Assembly: GCA_965261005.1 (NCBI GenBank)
Contig: OZ253376.1
Span: forward strand, 32,001 to 96,000
DNA: 64,000 nt
From: Deinococcus sp.
GTDB lineage: Bacteria; Deinococcota; Deinococci; Deinococcales; Deinococcaceae
Reading direction: 5' to 3'
The translations under genes were made by a program, and so were the position numbers. The notes under the pieces are model-generated. The model searched no databases, had not been told where the DNA came from, and saw only the letters and a list, made by a program, of their open reading frames with translations. Shown in pieces: positions 1 through 10,816 of this stretch (position 1 is its first letter; each line of letters begins with the position of its first letter).

Positions 1-1014
<1,014 letters not shown>

Positions 1015-1018
<4 letters not shown>

Positions 1019-1524
1019 GCGCGCTCCGCCGGGGCGGCGTCCGGGGTCGCCAGCCCGCCCCACTCCATCGCCACGTGGCCGAGCTGCTCATCATCGCTCT
1101 GTATCGCGACGAGGACGGGCTGCATCGGCAGAGAACCGTGCTGCGCCTGTAGCTTGAGATGCCCTTCCTGAACGGTGTGCGCCGCGACCGGGCGCAGCGT
1201 GAGCAGCCCGCCGATGAGGGCGCCCGCGCTGCCACCCAGAACGGCGAATAGGACCGTGGGCGCGCCTATGGGGGCGGCGAAGATCGGCCCCAGGCGCGGC
1301 AGGGCCAGCGCGAAGTTCTCGGCAAAGGCGCCGATCAAACCGAGCAGGGCGCCGCCGATAAGGGCGCCGATCCAGACGGCGGCGTGGCTGCCGTGCGAAA
1401 ACAGGTTGACGCGCTCTGGCAAGTCCACCCGGTGGCCCAGCTCGCGGGCCTGCTGTGCGAAGCCCCAGGCGGCTTCGGGCGAAGGGAATTCGAAGGTCGT
1501 GCGGTCGTGCGAAGCGGCGTTCAT
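1015..1524 (-). CDS. Hypothetical membrane protein with two Gly-rich TM helices
   Basis: GAGGAGG RBS before ATG; hydrophobic GALIGGALLGLIG and VLGGSAGALIGGLL segments; coupled to the downstream ORF. Confidence 0.65.
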
Positions 1525-1996
1525 CCGTCCTCCTCAAGCTGAATTTGGGCGCAGTTTGAGGCGCCCGAAGCCATACTTAAGGGCGCCGTGTTCAGCTTTT
1601 GTAAAGCGCTGGGAGACCTTAAGCGACTTTAAAGAGGGGAGCGTTGAGGAGGAGCAGGGTGAACGTGTTGTCGTTTCTGGCCTCGCCGTGGATCGTGCGA
1701 CTGCTCAACGTCAGCTTTTGGCAGGAATACTGAACCGAGTCAGCGAACCGAGGACTTTGGGCGCCACCTTCGTGGTGCTGCCGACCTTCAAGACCACGCC
1801 CGAAGGCGTCACGGGCGAAGTCGGCACATAACGGCGGTCGTGGGGCGCAGCCTCAAGAGAAGCTGATCCACCGGCCAGGACTCGCTCAAGTCCTTTGCCC
1901 GGGTGCGTTCATGAGGACGTCATCGCTCGGGCAGAAATCAGCGCTGCAATGGACGGTACCGTTTCCACACGGCAGATTCACTCCAAAGGAGAAGTC

Positions 1997-2914
1997 ATGT
2001 TCTACCACGACAAGAAGCTTCAGTATACCGTGCGCGTGGATACGCCCAGCCCCATTTTCGCCAAGATGTTGCAGCAAGCCATCGGCGGCGTGGAGGGCGA
2101 GATTCGTGTCTGCTTGCAGTACCTCTTTCAGGCTTGGGGGTCGCGCGGCCCCACCAAGTACCGTGACATGCTGCTCGAAACCGGCACCGAGGAGATGGGC
2201 CACGTCGAGATGCTCGCCACCGCCGTCGCCCTCAACTTGGAGGGATCGCCCAGCTTCGTGCAGGAACAGGCCGCCGCGGGCAACCCGATGGTCGCCGCCG
2301 TGATGGGCGGCATGGACCCGCGTCAGTACCTCTCGGCGGGCATGGCGGCCCTGGCCACCGACTCGAACGGCGTGCCCTTCAACGGCTCGCACGTCTACGC
2401 CAGCGGCAACATCGCCGCCGACATGTACGCCAACGTGACCGCCGAGGCCACCGGGCGCGCCCTGGCGACGCGGCTCTTTTCCATGACCGACGACGCCGGC
2501 ATGAAGGACATGCTGCGCTTTTTAATCGCGCGCGACACCATGCACCAGCAGCAGTGGCTGGCCGTGATCGAGGAACTCGGCGGCTACGAGGGCGTGCTGC
2601 CGATTCCCAACTCGTTTCCGCAGAGCGAGGAGTTGCAAGACGTCAGCTACAGCTTTTTCTCCACGGCGGTGGACGGCATCGAGCCGCCACAGGGCCGTTG
2701 GACCAGCGGGCCGAGCCTCGACGGCAAGGGCGAGTACGACGTGAAGCGCTGGCAGCCGCAGGGTCAGGAACCCAAGCTGGCGCCTCCTACACGCGAGGCG
2801 TGGGCCGAGACCCAACAGCTCAGCGGCGGCCTCACGGGCGTCATCAAGAACGTCGCCAACAAGGTTGAGGGCGCCGTCGAGCGTCTGACCGGGCGCGATT
2901 CCAGCGCCGACTGA
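1997..2914 (+). CDS. Manganese (non-heme) catalase family protein
   Basis: AAGGAG RBS then MFYHDKKLQY; motifs GGVEGE, GTEEMGHVEM, NVTAE, RDTMHQQQW. Confidence 0.93.
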   Translation: MFYHDKKLQYTVRVDTPSPIFAKMLQQAIGGVEGEIRVCLQYLFQAWGSRGPTKYRDMLLETGTEEMGHVEMLATAVALNLEGSPSFVQEQAAAGNPMVAAVMGGMDPRQYLSAGMAALATDSNGVPFNGSHVYASGNIAADMYANVTAEATGRALATRLFSMTDDAGMKDMLRFLIARDTMHQQQWLAVIEELGGYEGVLPIPNSFPQSEELQDVSYSFFSTAVDGIEPPQGRWTSGPSLDGKGEYDVKRWQPQGQEPKLAPPTREAWAETQQLSGGLTGVIKNVANKVEGAVERLTGRDSSAD

Positions 2915-2947
2915 TCTGGCCAGTCGAGGGGGCGCTTAGCCCTTCAC

Positions 2948-3196
2948 CTACATCAGACTATCGCGCAGCAGGGTCTTCAGGTTGGGGCGCTGCTGCGCGA
3001 ACGTGCCGTAAAAAAACTGATCGCCGACCACCGTGATGGGCGCGACGCGCACCCCGTACTGGGCCTTGGCCTCGTCGGCCACGGCGCCTTGGGTCAGGTC
3101 GCGCTCCTCAAAGACGACGCTCCTCGCCTTCAACCAGCTTTTCAGGGCCGCACAGTCCGGACAGGCGGGGGTCGTGTAGAGAATGATGTTGGGCAT
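2948..3196 (-). CDS. Glutaredoxin/NrdH-like redoxin
   Basis: GGAGG RBS; MPNIILYTTPACPDC (CxxC) and GVRVAP cis-Pro motif; 82 aa. Confidence 0.85.
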   Translation of the reverse strand: MPNIILYTTPACPDCAALKSWLKARSVVFEERDLTQGAVADEAKAQYGVRVAPITVVGDQFFYGTFAQQRPNLKTLLRDSLM

Positions 3197-3291
3197 ACAG
3201 GAGCCTCCGAAACAGGAGAGGGAGTGAACCTGAATCCACTCTCCTGGGTGTAGGGCGGCGCTCAGATGTTTCCGAGCACCTTCCCGGCGGG

Positions 3292-3501
3292 TCAGCCCCG
3301 AGCCACCTGCGCGCCGTAGCCCTCTTCCTGCACGGCATTCACCAGCTGCTGTGGATCGGGATTGCCCTGCACGACGGCCTTGCCGCTCTGCAAGTCCACC
3401 TGCACGCCCGTCACGCCGGACACGCTCTTCAGGGCCTTGGTCACGCTGCTTTGACAATGCCCGCAGGTCATGCCGGAAACGTCGAGTTCGGTCTCGTTCA
3501 T
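3292..3501 (-). CDS. copZ: Copper chaperone (HMA domain)
   Basis: 69 aa with GMTCGHC metal-binding motif; divergent from copA; GGAGG RBS. Confidence 0.92.
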   Translation of the reverse strand: MNETELDVSGMTCGHCQSSVTKALKSVSGVTGVQVDLQSGKAVVQGNPDPQQLVNAVQEEGYGAQVARG

Positions 3502-3518
3502 GTTTGAACCTCCATCCC

Positions 3519-3548
3519 CACGCTATACCCACCCCACGGGGGTGTCAA
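3519..3548 (-). promoter_or_regulatory. copZ promoter with an overlapping CsoR-type operator
   Basis: Minus strand TTGACA-17 nt-TAGCGT; the spacer is a C-tract/G-tract pseudo-palindrome (ACACCCCCGTGGGGTGGGTAT), as in CsoR operators. Confidence 0.65.
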
Positions 3549-3636
3549 GGAATTCGCTTATAAAAGCTTTACCAGTCGTGTTATCCCCTGCTCAAGTTCG
3601 CCAAGGCAGTGAAGAAAGGCTATACTGAAAGCATAA

Positions 3637-3659
3637 TTTACCCCCCTGGGGGGGATAAG
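3637..3659 (+). promoter_or_regulatory. CsoR-type operator upstream of copA
   Basis: TTTACCCCCCTGGGGGGGATAA palindrome immediately before the copA RBS. Confidence 0.7.
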
Positions 3660-3671
3660 TGGAGGTTTGGG

Positions 3672-6185
3672 ATGCTGAAGACTATAGAACTCGGCGTGGG
3701 GGGGATGACCTGCGCCTCGTGCGTGGGGCGGGTGGAGCGGGGGCTGAAGAAGGTAGAGGGGGTCGAGGGGGCCAGCGTCAACCTCGCCACCGAGCGCGCG
3801 ACCGTCACCTATGACCCGGAACAAGTCGAACCGAGCGTTTTGCTCGACAAGGTGCGGGACGTGGGCTACGAGCCGCGGGTGGGCGAAATCGAGTTGGGCG
3901 TCCAGGGCATGACCTGCGCCAGCTGCGTGGCCCGGGTCGAGCGCGCCCTGGGGAAGGTGGACGGCGTGCTGTCTGCCGGCGTCAACTTGGCGACCGAGCG
4001 CGCGACCGTCACGTACCTGCCGGCCAGCGTGAGCGCGGGGCAGCTGAGGGCGGCGGTGCGTGAAGCCGGCCATGAGGTGCTGGAAGATCAGGCGGGCACG
4101 GACCGCAGCGACCAGGAGCGCGCCGCGCGCGAGGAGGAGCTGGCCCGCCTGCGCCGCTCGGTGCTCTTCAGCGCCGTCTTCGCCGTGCCGCTGCTGATCC
4201 TGGCGATGCTGCCGATGCTCTACGCGCCACTGGAAACGGCGCTGACGGCCCGCCTGGGGCCGGGCCTGATGTGGATCATGCTGGCCCTGGCCGTCCCGGT
4301 GCAGTTCGGCCCCGGCTTACGCTTTTACCGCCTGGGCTGGAAGAGCCTCGTTCACCGCTCACCCGACATGAACAGCCTGGTCATGATCGGCACCAGCGCG
4401 GCGTTCTTCTATTCCCTCGTCGTCACCGTGGCGCCCGGCCTCTTCCCTGCCGGCACGGCGCACGTCTATTACGAGGCCAGCGCGGTCGTCATCACGCTGA
4501 TTCTGCTGGGCAAGTACTTCGAGGCCATCGCCAAGGGGCGCAGCAGCGAGGCCATGAAGAAGCTACTGGGCTTGCAGGCGAGAACCGCGCGGGTACTCAG
4601 GAACGGTCAGGAGTTGGAGCTGCCCACCGACGAGGTCCTGGTCGGCGATTTGATCGCGGTGCGGCCCGGCGAGAAGATTCCGGTGGACGGCCGGGTCATG
4701 GGCGGCAACAGCTTCGTGGACGAGAGCATGATCACGGGCGAGCCGGTGCCCGTGAAGAAGCAGGCTGGGGCAAAGGTGGTCGGCGGCACCATCAACCAGA
4801 ACGGCGCCCTCCAGTTCGAGGCGACCAAGGTCGGCGCGGACACGGCGTTAGCGCAAATCATCAAGCTGGTCGAGACCGCGCAAGGCAGCAAGCCGCCGAT
4901 TCAGGGCTTGGCGGACAGGGTGGTGGCGGTCTTCGTTCCGGTCGTGCTGGGCGTCGCGGCGCTCACCTTCGTGCTGTGGCTGATCTTCGGTGGGGCTTCA
5001 GCGCTTTCCTTCGCGCTCGTGACCACGGTGGCGGTCCTGATCATCGCCTGCCCGTGTGCGATGGGATTGGCAACGCCGACCAGCGCGATGGTGGGCACCG
5101 GCAAGGCCGCCGAGTTGGGCGTGCTGTTCAAGGGGGGCGCGGCGCTCGAAAGCTTGCAAGGGCTGGACGTGATCGCCTTTGATAAGACCGGCACCTTGAC
5201 CGAGGGCAAGCCGACGCTGACCGACTTCGGGTTGGCCCCTGGCTTTGACCGCGCCGAGGTCCTGAAGCTGGTCGCCGCCGCCGAGGGGCAGAGCGAACAT
5301 CCCATCGCCCGCGCCATCGTGGACGCCGCGAAGAAAGAGGGCGTCCAGCTCCTGACGCCGGAAAGCTTCGAGGCTGTGCCGGGCTTTGGGCTGGAGGCGC
5401 GGGTGGACGGTCGGCTGGTGCGGGTGGGCGCCGACCGCTACATGAAGAAGCTCGGTTTAAGCGTGGACGAATTCGCCGCGCAAGCCGCTCAGCTCGGCGA
5501 CGGGGGCAAGAGTCCCCTCTACGCCGCCGTGGACGGGCGGCTCGCGGCCGTTCTGGCGGTGGCCGACCCGATCAAGGAGGGATCTATCGAGGCGGTGCGG
5601 GCGCTGCACCGGCAGGGCCTCAGGGTCGCCATGATCACCGGGGACAACCAAAGGACCGCCCACGCCATTGCAAGCCAACTGGACATTGACACGGTGCTGG
5701 CTGAGGTCTTGCCGGGGGGCAAGAGCGACGCCGTGAAAGAACTTCAGGGTCAGGGCAACAAGGTGGGCTTTGTCGGCGACGGCATCAACGACGCGCCGGC
5801 CCTGGCGCAATCGGACGTGGGCCTTGCCATCGGCACCGGCACCGACGTGGCCGTCGAGACGGCGGACGTGGTGCTGATGTCGGGCGACTTGCGCGGCGTG
5901 CCGAACGCCCTCGCGCTCTCACGGGCGACCCTGCGCAACATCAAGCTGAATTTGGTGTGGGCCTTTGGCTACAACATCATTCTGATTCCGGTGGCGGCGG
6001 GCGCGCTGTACCCGGCCCTCGGCTGGCTGCTCTCCCCCGTGCTGGCAGCGGCGGCGATGGGGTTTTCGAGCGTCTTCGTCCTCAGCAACGCGCTCAGGCT
6101 CAGGGGCTTTCGGCCCCCGCTCGGCTTTGGACCCGCTTCCAAGGCGTCCAAAGAAGGTGGCGCGCCTTCGGCGGCGCGCGCCTGA
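3672..6185 (+). CDS. copA: Cu(I)-translocating P1B-type ATPase
   Basis: Two GMTCASC HMA domains, [25 protein letters not shown] and MxxSS motifs; GGAGG RBS before ATG 3672. Confidence 0.96.
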   Translation: MLKTIELGVGGMTCASCVGRVERGLKKVEGVEGASVNLATERATVTYDPEQVEPSVLLDKVRDVGYEPRVGEIELGVQGMTCASCVARVERALGKVDGVLSAGVNLATERATVTYLPASVSAGQLRAAVREAGHEVLEDQAGTDRSDQERAAREEELARLRRSVLFSAVFAVPLLILAMLPMLYAPLETALTARLGPGLMWIMLALAVPVQFGPGLRFYRLGWKSLVHRSPDMNSLVMIGTSAAFFYSLVVTVAPGLFPAGTAHVYYEASAVVITLILLGKYFEAIAKGRSSEAMKKLLGLQARTARVLRNGQELELPTDEVLVGDLIAVRPGEKIPVDGRVMGGNSFVDESMITGEPVPVKKQAGAKVVGGTINQNGALQFEATKVGADTALAQIIKLVETAQGSKPPIQGLADRVVAVFVPVVLGVAALTFVLWLIFGGASALSFALVTTVAVLIIACPCAMGLATPTSAMVGTGKAAELGVLFKGGAALESLQGLDVIAFDKTGTLTEGKPTLTDFGLAPGFDRAEVLKLVAAAEGQSEHPIARAIVDAAKKEGVQLLTPESFEAVPGFGLEARVDGRLVRVGADRYMKKLGLSVDEFAAQAAQLGDGGKSPLYAAVDGRLAAVLAVADPIKEGSIEAVRALHRQGLRVAMITGDNQRTAHAIASQLDIDTVLAEVLPGGKSDAVKELQGQGNKVGFVGDGINDAPALAQSDVGLAIGTGTDVAVETADVVLMSGDLRGVPNALALSRATLRNIKLNLVWAFGYNIILIPVAAGALYPALGWLLSPVLAAAAMGFSSVFVLSNALRLRGFRPPLGFGPASKASKEGGAPSAARA

Positions 6186-6248
6186 CGGCGCCGCCTAGCG
6201 GAATTCGTAGAATTCAGGCCGCCCAACCGGAACGCTCACGTCCCGTCC

Positions 6249-7811
6249 TCACGCGGATTCGGCGACGCGCACGCCATTCTTACCCGCGCGCTTGGCCGCG
6301 TACATGGCGTCGTCGGCCCGCTCGATCAGCTGCTCCGCACTCAGGGCGTGATCCGGCCAGGACGCGACGCCGACCGAGGCGGAGATGGGCAGGCCGTTCA
6401 TGTCGCGCTGAATCAGGGTGGCGAGCTTTTCGGCGACAAACACGGCCGCCCGGACGTCCGTAACCGCGGTCAGCACGGCGGCAAACTCGTCCCCCCCGAG
6501 ACGCGCGGCCGTGTCCCCGGCGCGCAGCGCGCTTTTGAGCGTTCGCGCGACGCCCCGAAGCACCTCGTCACCTGCCGAGTGCCCCAGGGTGTCGTTGATG
6601 GCCTTGAATCCGTCGAGGTCGACGTTAATGAGAACGACCCTACCGCCCTGCTGGCGGGCGTCCTCCAGCGCGGCGCTCAAGCGCTCCTCAAACAGGATCC
6701 GGTTGCCGAGGCCGGTCAGCGGGTCGCGGCGCACGGCGCGGGTGAGCTGCCGCTGCTCGCGCTGAAGGTCCACCACGCGGGTGCGCGCCTCCTCAGCCTC
6801 ACGGCGGAACACTTCCTTTTCGAGCTGCGCGCTGAGCATACCGACTTGGTGTGCGGTCGCCTGCGAATTCATGGTTTTGTCGAGGTCGTGGTAGGACCGG
6901 AAGTGTGACAAGGCGAGGCTGGGCTGACCAGCCAATTCGTACGCCGCGCTCAGGTCGCGGTGCGCGCTTCTGCGCTCGCTGATGGCGTCCAGCTCCAGCG
7001 CGATCTTCAGGGCGGCGTGCAATGAGGTGAGGGCGGAAGCGACCAAACCGCCGATCAGCCGCCCCTTTCCCAGCGTCGCATGCGCCAGCCCTTCGAGCGC
7101 CCGCTCTCCTCCCTGTTGCGCGCCATCAAACGCCGTCGCCGCCAAGGCGCAGGCTTGTTCCCAGCTCCCCAACAAGTTGCGCGCGTCGGCCTCGGCGATC
7201 AGGGCGTACAGCTCAATCTGGCGCATGCTGGCCGCACGCGCGCGCGCGGCCACGTCGCCTAGTCGGGCCAGCGCGCCCTCGGCGTCACCCAGCGCCACGA
7301 GGAGCTGGGCGAGGTTGTAGTCCACGTTGATGATGGCCCGCTCGTCGCCGCCCCGCTCGGCAAGCACGGCCGCGCGTTCCAAGATCGCTCTCGCCTTGTG
7401 CTGATCGTCCATCTCGCTGTAAAGCAGACCCAAATTCGAGAGGGTGCGCAGCTCGCCGCTCTCGTCGCCCAGGGCCTTGCGCGCGCTCACCTCCTGAAGC
7501 AGCGCGCCCGCCGCCGCCGCCAAGGTGCCGGCCCGAAAGTGCGCGCTCGCCTGGACCCGGAGCATCTCGGCGCGGGTCAGGTCGTGACCCAACTCAAAGG
7601 CGAGCCGCTCGGCGGGGACAGCGCTGGTCAGGGCCGCCGCGTGCTGACGCTCCCTGAGCGCGACGTAGGCGTGCAGGGCCAAGGCGGACAACGCTGCCTC
7701 CGGCCCTTCCCCTCTTGCCAACAACCCCGCCTCGGCGGCGGCCAAGTCCACGTCCGCCGCGCGCCGGGTCAAGCCCTCCCAGGTCTCGCCGCCGACCAAG
7801 CCTGCCGTCAT
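6249..7811 (-). CDS. TPR-repeat diguanylate cyclase (GGDEF)
   Basis: N-terminal TPR-like helices (TLSNLGLLYSEMDD, YNLAQLLVALGD, AHRDLSAAYELAG), a coiled coil, then DPLTGLGNR, DLDGFKAINDTLGHSAGD, RxxD I-site (RAGD) and intact GGDEF; no TM helix. Start 7811 or 7832. Confidence 0.92.
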   Translation of the reverse strand: MTAGLVGGETWEGLTRRAADVDLAAAEAGLLARGEGPEAALSALALHAYVALRERQHAAALTSAVPAERLAFELGHDLTRAEMLRVQASAHFRAGTLAAAAGALLQEVSARKALGDESGELRTLSNLGLLYSEMDDQHKARAILERAAVLAERGGDERAIINVDYNLAQLLVALGDAEGALARLGDVAARARAASMRQIELYALIAEADARNLLGSWEQACALAATAFDGAQQGGERALEGLAHATLGKGRLIGGLVASALTSLHAALKIALELDAISERRSAHRDLSAAYELAGQPSLALSHFRSYHDLDKTMNSQATAHQVGMLSAQLEKEVFRREAEEARTRVVDLQREQRQLTRAVRRDPLTGLGNRILFEERLSAALEDARQQGGRVVLINVDLDGFKAINDTLGHSAGDEVLRGVARTLKSALRAGDTAARLGGDEFAAVLTAVTDVRAAVFVAEKLATLIQRDMNGLPISASVGVASWPDHALSAEQLIERADDAMYAAKRAGKNGVRVAESA

Positions 7812-7912
7812 GGTCCCATCATGGCGGGCCACCCCTCTCGGAGTTCTTACAGCCGGAGGCCGGGACCAGGCGTTCGGCGACGGCTGGGCGCGAAAAGAGG
7901 TGGCGAACCTTT

Positions 7913-8155
7913 TCAGACGCTTTGGGGCGTAAAACCCCTGCTGTTGCGCGAGGGGGCCTCGGCACTGAAGTCATCGGACCAGGAGCCTTTCAAGGGCGTG
8001 TAGCCCTTCAAGGGCGCTCCTACCTGGGCGGTTTTGACGCCGTCGGTCCAGATGCTCTTGTGGGGCGTCGTTTGGGCGTTCAGGGTGGCGCCGGGCGGGA
8101 CGGCGGCGAAGGGCAGGACCGCGAGGGCCAGCAGGACCAGCTTCTTGTTCAACAT
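7913..8155 (-). CDS. Small secreted propeptide-like protein (80 aa)
   Basis: GGAGG RBS 7 nt before ATG; Sec-type signal MLNKKLVLLALAVLPFAA; upstream TTGTCG-16 nt-TAAGAT promoter-like sequence; internal repeats. Confidence 0.75.
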   Translation of the reverse strand: MLNKKLVLLALAVLPFAAVPPGATLNAQTTPHKSIWTDGVKTAQVGAPLKGYTPLKGSWSDDFSAEAPSRNSRGFTPQSV

Positions 8156-8331
8156 GGTGAAACCTCCGAACTCAAGTTAGCGTGGACTTTCTCACAAAAA
8201 TCTTACAAAGTAGGGACTATCCGACAAACGCCCACTCACATCGGCGGCCAGCGTTCAAAGCCCGGCTCGGTGTAAAGCGCGAACTGGCTCGGGCCGAAGA
8301 GCTACAGATTCTGAAGAGTTCCGCAACCTCG

Positions 8332-8474
8332 GAACGGCGCCTTCCAGTCCAAGGCGACCAAGGTCGCGGTGGGCACAGCGCTCGCGCAGATCATCAAGCT
8401 GGTCGAGACCGCGCAGGGGTCCAAGCCGCCGATTCAGGACTTGGCGCACAGGGTGGTGGCCATCTTCGTTCCGG
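8332..8474 (+). pseudogene. Diverged internal fragment of a copA-type ATPase
   Basis: About 140 bp similar to 4799-4941; encodes [33 protein letters not shown] versus [33 protein letters not shown] in copA. Confidence 0.85.
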
Positions 8475-8829
8475 CCCCACCGACCGACGCAGCAGCAAGA
8501 ACAAAGTCAGCTGGGTTTCAACCGCACAAAAAGAAGTCGAGGGGCAGCCTCTTTAAGGAGCAACGGCAGGAGAACTGGGAACGGGCGCGGCTACGGTTGG
8601 TGGCGGAACAAGTTATGCAAACTCAAGATGAGTTGAGGACGAACCCGAGCGGAGCGAGTACAAGAAATTACGGGACGGCGACGATAGAAATCTCTGTTGG
8701 TGCTCTCCAAGCATAGGTTGCAATCAAAGCAATCCCGTGTGATCTAGAGCTTTCCACACCTGGCAGAAGATAGTGTGTCAGGCAGTTTGACATTCAGGCT
8801 AGCTGTCGGGGAGATCGACTCTGTTGAGG

Positions 8830-9720
8830 TTAAGTTGCCAGAACTGCGCGGAAGGCGGCCACGTCGCGGCGGGGCGCGTTGCCAAACATGCGCGAATACT
8901 CGCGGCTGAACTGCGAGGGGCTTTCGTAGCCCACCGCATAGGAAGCCGTCTCAGCGTTCATCTCGCCCGCGATCATCAGGCGGCGGGCTTCCAGCAAGCG
9001 CAGTTGCTTTTGGTATTGCAGCGGCGTCATGTCGGTCAAAGCCTTGAACTGGCGGTGAAAGGCCGACGAACTGAGCTGGGCGGCGGCGGCCAGGTCTTCC
9101 CCCCGGACGGCTTCTGCGAAGTGTTCGCGCAGGCGGTGAATGGCGCCGATGACCCGCTGGGTATGGCTGCCGGATAGGGCAATGCTGGCAATCTGGCCGC
9201 CGTGAGGCCCGCTCAGCAGCCAGTAGTACAGTTCGCGCGTCAGCAGCGGCGAGAGCGCCGAAATCGCCTGGGGCGTCCCCAGAAGCCGCATCATCCGCAA
9301 CACGGTGTCGGTGAGCGGGCCTGGCACGTCGCTGACGAAGACGCTGCCATACGCCTCGCTCTCCGCGCCCAGCGGCGTCCCCAGGCTCTCCAGGACCTCG
9401 CGCATCAGGGTCAGATCAAACTCAAGCGCCACCGCCAGATACGGCTCACGGGGGCTGGCGTCGATCACCTGACTGACGGCGGGCAGCTCCACGTTGACCA
9501 CCAGGGCCTGCCCGGCACGGTATTCAAAGCGCTTGCTGCCGAACATCGTCCGCTTTCTGCCCTGCACCACCAGGCACAGCGAGGGCTTGAAGATGAGGTG
9601 TGAGGGTTTCTTGCCGTGGTTGGAGCGCAAAATTGCCAGCCCCTCAATGGCGGTCAAGAATGGACTCTCTCCGGGCTGCTCGGCCACGAAGCTTCTCACC
9701 GCTTCCAGCAAGTTGTCCAC
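8830..9720 (-). CDS. AraC family regulator (AraC_N/YqhC-like)
   Basis: PSLCLVVQGRK N-domain; C-terminal TPLQYQKQLRLLEAR...VGYESPSQFSREYSRMFG double HTH. Confidence 0.92.
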   Translation of the reverse strand: MDNLLEAVRSFVAEQPGESPFLTAIEGLAILRSNHGKKPSHLIFKPSLCLVVQGRKRTMFGSKRFEYRAGQALVVNVELPAVSQVIDASPREPYLAVALEFDLTLMREVLESLGTPLGAESEAYGSVFVSDVPGPLTDTVLRMMRLLGTPQAISALSPLLTRELYYWLLSGPHGGQIASIALSGSHTQRVIGAIHRLREHFAEAVRGEDLAAAAQLSSSAFHRQFKALTDMTPLQYQKQLRLLEARRLMIAGEMNAETASYAVGYESPSQFSREYSRMFGNAPRRDVAAFRAVLAT

Positions 9721-9766
9721 AGTTCCTGGACCTCCAGTTCAGCCAACGGCAAGGATACCCCGCCGA

Positions 9767-9829
9767 GCAGGAATGGGCAAGAATGCGGCGGGTTCCGGCA
9801 TTCAACCGCGGCGGCGCCGGTTCTACCAT
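9767..9829 (+). promoter_or_regulatory. Putative tandem AraC sites and -10 box for the SDR gene
   Basis: GCAGGAATGGGCAA and GCGGGTTCCGGCAT form an imperfect direct repeat 21 bp apart; TACCAT lies downstream. Confidence 0.4.
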
Positions 9830-9873
9830 GATTGAGCAAAAGGACGTTCAGCACGAACGTTTGAGGAGGAAGT

Positions 9874-10653
9874 ATGCCAGCAGAAAGCACCGACAACACG
9901 CCATCCAGAATTGCCGTCGTCACGGGCGGCAGCCGGGGACTGGGCCGCAATACCGTCTTGAGTTTGGCTCAGCGCGGCGTCAACAGCATTTTTACCTATA
10001 ACTCTAGTCCCGAAGAAGCTCAAAACGTGGTGGCCGCCGCCGAGGAGGCTGGGGCCAGGGCCGCCGCGCTGAAACTGGATACCGGCGATTCCAGCAGCTT
10101 TGACGGCTTCGTGGCGGACGTGCGCTCCACGCTGGCCGGGTGGGGCGCGGAGCGCTTCGATTACCTGGTCAACAACGCCGGGATTTCGGACCACACCCCC
10201 TTTGACCAAGTCACCGAGGAACTGCTCGACCGGGTCTACAGCGTCAACTTCAAGGGCGTGTACTTCCTGACCCAGAAACTCTTGCCGCTCATGAGCGACG
10301 GTGGCCGGATCATCAATATCTCCACGGGCGTGACCCGCGTCGTGAATCCGAACAGCAGCACCTACGCCACGATGAAGGGGGCGCTGGAGGTGCTGACCCG
10401 CTACCTCGCCTCCGACCTCGGCCCGCGCGGGATCACGGTCAACACCGTCGCGCCCGGCGCGGTGGCGACCGACTTCAGCGGCGGCGTGGTGCGCGACAAT
10501 CCAGAAATCAACAGTATGGTCGCGTCCGTGACGGCGCTCGGACGGGCCGGCGTGCCGGACGACTTGGGGCCGATGATCGCCTCGCTGCTGTCGGACGACA
10601 ACCGCTGGGTCAATGCCCAACGCATTGAAGTCTCCGGCGGGATGCTTCCCTGA
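9874..10653 (+). CDS. Short-chain dehydrogenase/reductase
   Basis: [17 protein letters not shown] (YxxxK) and VAPG motifs; GAGGAGG RBS. Confidence 0.93.
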   Translation: MPAESTDNTPSRIAVVTGGSRGLGRNTVLSLAQRGVNSIFTYNSSPEEAQNVVAAAEEAGARAAALKLDTGDSSSFDGFVADVRSTLAGWGAERFDYLVNNAGISDHTPFDQVTEELLDRVYSVNFKGVYFLTQKLLPLMSDGGRIINISTGVTRVVNPNSSTYATMKGALEVLTRYLASDLGPRGITVNTVAPGAVATDFSGGVVRDNPEINSMVASVTALGRAGVPDDLGPMIASLLSDDNRWVNAQRIEVSGGMLP

Positions 10654-10727
10654 GCTGAGCCTCCATCGGGTTTCTTTAAAAGGCCGCCTTCCTGCGCTTG
10701 GTGGGGCGGCCTCCGATGTTGGGACTT

Positions 10728-10745
10728 GTCTTGAAGAAATGCGAC
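10728..10745 (-). promoter_or_regulatory. Putative AraC-binding box, copy 1
   Basis: GTCGCATTTCTTCAAGAC, 16/18 identical to the box at 12129-12146. Confidence 0.5.
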
Positions 10746-10816
10746 ATCCGCCGCCCGTCCAAACAGACGACGCACCCCGGCCTGACTTCTGCCCCCACTT
10801 CTGCCAAAGTGAAGCC

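Noticed and set aside
1735..1831. SEPRTLGATFVVLP segment resembling a histidine-kinase C-terminus
   Set aside because: Too short to support; at most a remnant.
8505..8520. TCAGCTGGGT resembling a motif at about 12109-12119, as possible IS ends
   Set aside because: The match is only about 10 bp, with no transposase or target-site duplication visible.
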